Assembly (NCBI GenBank): GCA_012514745.1 | Contig: JAAYZR010000030.1 | Coordinates: forward strand, 5,946-69,945 | Source of the DNA: Candidatus Undivivens industriae | GTDB taxonomy: Bacteria > Omnitrophota > Gorgyraeia > Gygaellales > Profunditerraquicolaceae | DNA length: 64,000 nucleotides | Reading direction: 5' to 3' | In this document: piece by piece, positions 58,805-64,000 of the stretch | Position numbering within the stretch: position 1 is the first letter of the stretch | Layout of the letters: every line of letters starts with the position of its first letter | Notes under the pieces: generated by a model | What the model saw: the letters and a program-made list of their open reading frames with translations, nothing else | What the model was told of the DNA's origin: nothing | The model's database searches: none | Made by a program: the position numbers and the translations under genes

Positions 58805-59506
58805 CTAAAGGCTGCCGAATCTGCGCTGCCGGCGCGCGTAGTTTTTAAGAGCCTTCTCAAACTCTTTCGCCCCGAAATCCGGCCAGAAAGTTTCCGTAAA
58901 ATAAATCTCGCAATAAGAAAGCTGCCAGAGCATAAAATTACTCAGGCGCATCTCACCGCTGGTGCGGATAAGCAGGTCCGGGTCCGGGATACCGGCCGTA
59001 TAAAGATACCCGCCGAATCTTTCCTCGTCCAGCTCGAAGGAGACGGCGCCGTTTTTCAGGACATCCAGCGCGTATTTACCGGCCGCGTCCATGATCTCCT
59101 GCCTGCCGCCGTAGTTGAAAGCCAGGACAACGGTCATCCCGGTGTTGCCGGTTGTCTTGGCCTGAAAGCTCTCGAGTTTGTCGGCAAGATACCTCGGCAA
59201 ACCTTCTTTTCTGCCTATCACGCGGAACCTGATGTTGCGGTTCAGCAGTTTCTCGGCCCTGCCCGTCAGGAAATTGTATAACAGCCGCATCAGCATACCG
59301 ACTTCCTGCTTCGGTCTGGACCAGTTCTCCGTGGAGAAGGCGAACAGGGTAAGAATTTTAACCCCCATGCGCGAAGCGGCGTTGATAATCTCGTCCACCC
59401 TTTTTACGCCCTGGCGGTGGCCGTGGCTGCGCGCCAGTCCGCGTTCGCCTGCCCAGCGGCCGTTACCGTCCATTATTATCGCGACATGCGCAGGTATCTT
59501 GTCCAT
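58805..59506 (-). CDS. uppS: Undecaprenyl diphosphate synthase (isoprenyl transferase)
   Basis: HVAIIMDGNGRW, AFSTENW, NYGGR and IRTSGEMRLSNF. Confidence 0.97.
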   Translation of the reverse strand: MDKIPAHVAIIMDGNGRWAGERGLARSHGHRQGVKRVDEIINAASRMGVKILTLFAFSTENWSRPKQEVGMLMRLLYNFLTGRAEKLLNRNIRFRVIGRKEGLPRYLADKLESFQAKTTGNTGMTVVLAFNYGGRQEIMDAAGKYALDVLKNGAVSFELDEERFGGYLYTAGIPDPDLLIRTSGEMRLSNFMLWQLSYCEIYFTETFWPDFGAKEFEKALKNYARRQRRFGSL

Positions 59507-59523
59507 ATCGGTTCCCCGCCGGT

Positions 59524-61098
59524 TCAGGCATGTACCCGGTAATCTATTTCCGGGAAGATATTATCCGCCTGCTCGATCTCGACAAGCCACTGCTCGTCTA
59601 TATTATTGGATTTGATCTCCTCGTATAGACGTCCAAAACGCAGCAGATGTTCCTTGGTGCGTTTCACGGCGTACGGGACGTGCGTCCCCGTCCCCATTAT
59701 GAACGCCCAGTCGGAGCTCTGCGCCAGCAGCAGCTCACGCAAGGCTTGATTGAGGGCGCGGCGCTTTATGCCGTGGGAATCGGGATGCCGGGAAGAAAGC
59801 TCGGTCATCTGGTCTGAGGCGGCGTGCAGATGGCGGTATATCCAGTCGTTGCAGCCCTGCACCCACATCTCGCTGTAACCTTTCCATCCCCAGCTCGACA
59901 TGGAAGGAGTGACTACCTGGTTGCGCGGGTTCTCGTTGAGGTACTCGGAGGGGGTTATCATGCGTATGGTTTTCTGATCGTGATACACTTTACGCATCAG
60001 GAAGTCCAGCCACATCGGCCCCTCGTACCACCAGTGCCCGTAAAGCTCCGCGTCGTAGGGCGATACTATCAGGGGTTTCTTGTGCATGATCCCGTGCAAG
60101 TATTCGGCCTGCTGCTGGCGGTTGAACATGAAATTCCCCGCGTGCTCCGCGGCCTTTTCCCGCGCCATATCCGGTTCATAAGGCTGCTTATCGGAACTGC
60201 CGGTGATACGGTAATACTTTATGCCGGTGTTGATCCTTATGCCGTCGGGATGTATGTAATCCTTTATATAATCGTAATCGAGGTCGAACCCGATGTCACG
60301 GTAAAATTCCCGGTAATAATAATCCCCCGGATATCCTTCTATTGACGACCAGACCTGCTTGGACGACTCCAGGTCCCTTCCGAAACAGGCCACGCCGGAC
60401 TTACAATAAACCGGCGCGAACACCCCGTACTTGGGACGCGGCGTCCCGTGCAGCACTCCGTGCGCGTCGGTGAAGAAATAACGTAATCCGGCCTCGCGCA
60501 GTATCTCGTCGTCATTCGGGTTATAACCGCACTCGGGCAGCCAGATGCCGCGCGGTTTGCAGCCGAACGCCTTCTCGTAACTGGCGACAGCCACTTTTAC
60601 CTGGGCCTTCACCGACTGCTTGACCACGTCCATCATCGGGAAGAACCCGTGGGTGGCCCCGCAGGTTATGATCTCGAGTTTTCCGGCGTTCTGGAAATTA
60701 CGGAAGGCGTTGACCAGGTCGCGGTGATAATACTCGAAAGTGTCCCGGGCCCGGCAAAAGGTATTCAGATACATTATGGCCAATTTCTGGAACTGCGGCT
60801 CCCAGCGGGTTCTTTCCACTTCCTTGTGCGAGAGTTCTATAAGGCCGCTGATATGCTTTATATACCTGTCCTGCAGAAGCCTGTCCTGCAGCATCGCCGT
60901 AAGTGTCGGCGTAAGGGACATGGTCAGGCGGAAATCCACCTTGTCCCGCAGCAGTCCGTCCATCATCCAGATCAGGGGAACGTAAGTCTCGGTGATGGCC
61001 TCGTAAAGCCAATCCTCTTCCAGAAAATCCTCGTGCTCCGGGTGCCTTACGAACGGCAGATGACTGTGCAGTACCAGACACAAATACCCCTTGCTCAT
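59524..61098 (-). CDS. GH57 (DUF1957) 1,4-alpha-glucan branching enzyme
   Basis: LVLHSHLPFV, EAITETY, GIWLPECG, PYDAELYGHWWYEG and LLAQSSDWAF. Confidence 0.93.
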   Translation of the reverse strand: MSKGYLCLVLHSHLPFVRHPEHEDFLEEDWLYEAITETYVPLIWMMDGLLRDKVDFRLTMSLTPTLTAMLQDRLLQDRYIKHISGLIELSHKEVERTRWEPQFQKLAIMYLNTFCRARDTFEYYHRDLVNAFRNFQNAGKLEIITCGATHGFFPMMDVVKQSVKAQVKVAVASYEKAFGCKPRGIWLPECGYNPNDDEILREAGLRYFFTDAHGVLHGTPRPKYGVFAPVYCKSGVACFGRDLESSKQVWSSIEGYPGDYYYREFYRDIGFDLDYDYIKDYIHPDGIRINTGIKYYRITGSSDKQPYEPDMAREKAAEHAGNFMFNRQQQAEYLHGIMHKKPLIVSPYDAELYGHWWYEGPMWLDFLMRKVYHDQKTIRMITPSEYLNENPRNQVVTPSMSSWGWKGYSEMWVQGCNDWIYRHLHAASDQMTELSSRHPDSHGIKRRALNQALRELLLAQSSDWAFIMGTGTHVPYAVKRTKEHLLRFGRLYEEIKSNNIDEQWLVEIEQADNIFPEIDYRVHA

Positions 61099-61260
61099 TT
61101 ACCCCCCCTTTACGCTCAAAGTTAAATCCGGGTTAAGATTTTCCGGCGGTCCATGCGGATGAACTGCCTCTCCGGGAAGTCCCGGCCGCATCTAAAACGG
61201 AGAAATAATGCATAAAGCGCTTCGTGCCCTGCGGAAGGAATACCTGCTTCGGGCTGCGGT

Positions 61261-62322
61261 TTACTTGGTCTCCCGTGATACTACCGGCGTGATGGTTCTC
61301 TCCTCCTCACCGTCGGCGGAGACCCCGCGGACAGGAAGCACCTGCGTGCCGTCCGGAAGAGAAAAACGCAGGGAAAAAGTACCGTCCGGCCTCAACTTTA
61401 CCGGCACTCCCTGCACGGTGACCTTGGCATCCGGTTCGGTGGCCCCGTAAAGTATCAATTCGGTGTTGACCACCATCCAGAATTTCCTTTTCTTCCCTCT
61501 CTGCGGCACCTTGACCGGGCTGCCGGAAGAGGAAAGCCCCGGGGAAGAAAGGATTCCCGAAAAGAGTTCGCGTCTGATCCGTTCCTGCCAGGTCTTGCCG
61601 ACCGGAGAACTCTGCCCGAAACCGAAACCCATACCGTAAAGCCTGGCGAAGAGTTCCTCCGGTACCATCCATTCCTCATCGGTTATCCAGGAGGGGCCGT
61701 CGAGCGGGGTGCTGATCACGTTGGAGCGCAGGATGGTGATGAACTCTCCGTTGGGAAGTCTCAAGCCGAGATCGACGCACCAGGAACGGCCGGCTTCCTG
61801 GACGTGGATATACCAATTCAGCGCGTCGGGACCTACCTCTATGTCGAAATATTTATGGGCGTTATGACTGTTGAACACTATGTTGCTGACGTCGTAAATC
61901 CTCAGCACTTTCTTGGCCTTGTAAAAATCGTCGCCCAGGCGGCCGCGCAAAGTGTCGTAAGTGGCGGGCGTGACCTCCCAATAGGAAAAGATCCAGTAGG
62001 GATCCCTGGGATGGATCACCAGCCTGTCCCTGCCGTAGGTCGCGGGCAGTTCGGTGGGCATGGAACGCGCGGCGGAACGCACGGCTTCAGGGGTGGAAAA
62101 TTTCATCCTGCCGACAGCCGTTTCGCTGACTCCCAGGAATTCTTTTTCGGGCGCCGGTTCCGGCTGTTTAAGCGCGGCTCTTTTCGCAGTCCTGCCCGCC
62201 GTCTTCTTTTGAACGTTCTTCTTGGCCGCGGAAGAAGAAACGGCGCGCTTGGCCGGGACGCTTTTCCGGTTTCCGGAAATCATCTTTTTTACCCCGCTCT
62301 TGATCTTACGCAGAATAGCCAT
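61261..62322 (-). CDS. DUF4912 domain protein
   Basis: ELPATYG..RLV..PRDPYWIFSYWE, LRIYDV, RSN and C-terminal ELILYGATEPDA...DGTFS; K/A-rich N-terminus; adjacent to GH57. Confidence 0.88.
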   Translation of the reverse strand: MAILRKIKSGVKKMISGNRKSVPAKRAVSSSAAKKNVQKKTAGRTAKRAALKQPEPAPEKEFLGVSETAVGRMKFSTPEAVRSAARSMPTELPATYGRDRLVIHPRDPYWIFSYWEVTPATYDTLRGRLGDDFYKAKKVLRIYDVSNIVFNSHNAHKYFDIEVGPDALNWYIHVQEAGRSWCVDLGLRLPNGEFITILRSNVISTPLDGPSWITDEEWMVPEELFARLYGMGFGFGQSSPVGKTWQERIRRELFSGILSSPGLSSSGSPVKVPQRGKKRKFWMVVNTELILYGATEPDAKVTVQGVPVKLRPDGTFSLRFSLPDGTQVLPVRGVSADGEEERTITPVVSRETK

Positions 62323-62337
62323 AAAACCCTCCCTTCA

Positions 62338-62365
62338 AACAAAAAGGGGATTGAATAATCCCCTT
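62338..62365 (-). terminator. Intrinsic terminator-like hairpin
   Basis: AAGGGGATT-loop-AATCCCCTT 9-bp stem followed by a T-run on the minus strand. Confidence 0.6.
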
Positions 62366-62406
62366 ATCGATAATCGTACTACGGTTTTATTTCCATCTCG
62401 CACGCG

Positions 62407-62787
62407 CTATTTACGGGTCTTGTTCCCGGCCGCGGACTCTTTGAGTTCGTTCTCAAGCCTTTCTTTAAGCCTGGCGACCTTCTGCATTTCCTCTTTAAGA
62501 TTCTGGTTGACGAGCTTTTCCTGCAGCAGTTCGTTCTTCAGCGACCTGGAGAGCTCTTTCTCTTCATCAAGCGCCTTTTTGAGCCTGTCCGCCTCCACCA
62601 TACAAGCCGTCTTTTCCCTCTTGACTTTAAGAAGTTCTTCTTCCTTGTCAAGGCGCAGGCGCATCTCGCCGTTGTATTCCGCCCCCTTCTTGAACGCGCT
62701 GGAGCAGGAACCGATCATGCCGATCAGGCATATCAACGACAACACCGCCAGTATGAAAATTATCCGGGTTTTCAGGCTTTCTTCCAT
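62407..62787 (-). CDS. Membrane-anchored coiled-coil protein (possible lipoprotein)
   Basis: Hydrophobic N-terminus ending IGSC, followed by E/K/L-rich heptads. Confidence 0.75.
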   Translation of the reverse strand: MEESLKTRIIFILAVLSLICLIGMIGSCSSAFKKGAEYNGEMRLRLDKEEELLKVKREKTACMVEADRLKKALDEEKELSRSLKNELLQEKLVNQNLKEEMQKVARLKERLENELKESAAGNKTRK

Positions 62788-62944
62788 GTTAGAAACCCGG
62801 TTCCGCAAAGAACGCGGGTTAGAGAATACTACACTCGTGGTTTATTCTTGCTCGGGAATTTACCCGTGCGGCAAACTGCCGCGGCTTAAGAAAGGATTTC
62901 CCCCGGGGCGACTCCGGCTCTTGAAGTGTAACGGCGTCAGAGCC

Positions 62945-63613
62945 TTACTTCAGGTTTTCAGCCGTCTCTTCGGCGGCCTCTTGGGCCGGTTCGGGAGTTC
63001 CGGCGGCGTCATCGGCGACTTTGCTCATCTTGGGCAGGATGACTATTTCCACCCTTCTATTTTGTTGTCTCCCTTTTTTGCTGTCGTTGGACTCGACCGG
63101 GCGGTATTCGCCGTAGCCTATGGCCGATAAACGTTCCGGAGAAACACCTTTTTCGTCGATAAGATAATGCAGCACGCTAAGCGCGCGCGCGGAGGAAAGT
63201 TCCCAGTTGGACTTCCACCCCGAGACCTTTATGGGAATGTTGTCGGTGTGCCCCTCTATTCCCACGTTGAGATCAGGCACATTCTCCTGCAGGACGCGGG
63301 CCACTTTGTCGAGGCTCGCCGAGGCCTCCGGTCTGATCGTTGCTTTGCCGGAGTCGAAGAGGACATCGGCGACGAAAGTTATGACCAGCCCCTTGCCCAT
63401 CCTCTCCAGCCTGACCTGTTTATCCTGTATCTCCTGGCTGAGCCTGTCTTCCAGCAGTTTCTTCGCCTGTCCCAGTTCGTCGATCTGCTGCGCCAGCTGT
63501 TCTATCTTTTGCGCGTCGGAACGCCTGCCTTTTTGAAAAATAAAAGTGCACCCGGAAAACAAAGATACCGTCAACAATGCCGCGACTGCCGCAGATAAAT
63601 ATTTGGAAAACAT
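62945..63613 (-). CDS. MotB/OmpA-family peptidoglycan-binding lipoprotein
   Basis: Lipobox LFSGC, coiled coil, VLFDSG, IEGHTDN, SNWELSSARA, GYGEYRP and NRRVEI. AGGAG RBS before ATG 63613. Confidence 0.92.
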   Translation of the reverse strand: MFSKYLSAAVAALLTVSLFSGCTFIFQKGRRSDAQKIEQLAQQIDELGQAKKLLEDRLSQEIQDKQVRLERMGKGLVITFVADVLFDSGKATIRPEASASLDKVARVLQENVPDLNVGIEGHTDNIPIKVSGWKSNWELSSARALSVLHYLIDEKGVSPERLSAIGYGEYRPVESNDSKKGRQQNRRVEIVILPKMSKVADDAAGTPEPAQEAAEETAENLK

Positions 63614-63641
63614 TTTTCCCCTCCTTTTAGGAATGGATTTC

Positions 63642-63670
63642 AATATAACATAACCTCTTGTGCCAGTCAA
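63642..63670 (-). promoter_or_regulatory. Sigma70 promoter (extended -10)
   Basis: Minus strand TTGACT, 17-nt spacer ending in TGT, then TATATT. Confidence 0.65.
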
Positions 63671-63683
63671 GCTTTTTAAACCG

Positions 63684-64000
63684 TCAAAGGAATATAGTCT
63701 GCTCCCGCGAAGACCCGACGGAGACCATGGACAGCTTCACCTTAAGGGTGTCCTTAAGAAAGGCGAGATAATCTTTGGCGCGGGCAGGCAGGGACGAATA
63801 TTCCCTGGCACCGCTGACGCCGGTATCCCATCCGCGCATCACCTTGTATAGCGGGACGGCGTTCTCTATCACCTTGAGATCATACGGAAAATCGCGAAAA
63901 ACGCGCCCTCTGTATTTATAGCCCGTGCAGACCTTTATCTCCTTCAGCCCGTCCAGGACATCCAGTTTCATTATGCCGAGCTCGGAGATGCCGTTGAGCG
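63684..64000 (-). CDS. purA: Adenylosuccinate synthetase, C-terminal part (5' end outside window)
   Basis: KLDVLDGLKEIKVCTGY, P.Y..MRGW, LPARAKDYL and VSVGSSREQTI. Confidence 0.95.
   Translation of the reverse strand, partial: LNGISELGIMKLDVLDGLKEIKVCTGYKYRGRVFRDFPYDLKVIENAVPLYKVMRGWDTGVSGAREYSSLPARAKDYLAFLKDTLKVKLSMVSVGSSREQTIFL

Noticed and set aside
62809-62944. tRNA or c-di-GMP riboswitch in the structured gap between the OmpA/MotB and coiled-coil genes
   Set aside because: No TTCGA T-loop or cloverleaf, and no GEMM consensus; only short generic hairpins.

Overview
Core-genome segment of a GC-rich, probably anaerobic bacterium. Gene content and order suggest Omnitrophota/OP3, but this is an inference. 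About 60 genes are present and all but thpR and rpmB are on the minus strand. Read in the direction of transcription, the window holds: purA (partial), a MotB/OmpA-type lipoprotein, a coiled-coil protein, DUF4912 and a GH57 branching enzyme; uppS-cdsA-dxr-rseP-ispG-proS-rimP-nusA-infB-trpS-scpA-ruvB-queH-DUF2905-spoIID-queA; a small AT-rich islet (MITE plus frameshifted gene); tgt-trmD-rplS-rnhB-yraN; a partial Wood-Ljungdahl cluster (fhs-fchA-folD-DMT-metF-flavoprotein-acsB, with no CODH, CFeSP or AcsE in the window); TPR-polA-glgA-coaE-rho-rpmE-prfA-prmC-murA-trpGDCFBA (no trpE)-M16 peptidase-CNNM/CBS protein; a 49-aa Zn-ribbon gene, rsfS, argS, recJ and an orphan secreted protein; divergent rpmB; and rpsO-pnp-ftsK-rodZ-rimO-pgsA-pgpA, convergent on thpR. 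I found no rRNA, tRNA, CRISPR array or transposase. The most interesting points are (1) the stand-alone acetyl-CoA synthase cassette with a predicted monofunctional FolD and a motif-degenerate flavoprotein, (2) an apparent AUC start codon for rsfS behind an unannotated small gene, (3) a dispersed CGGTTACGG/CCGTAACCG palindromic element just upstream of three ribosome-binding sites, and (4) the queA-tgt islet.
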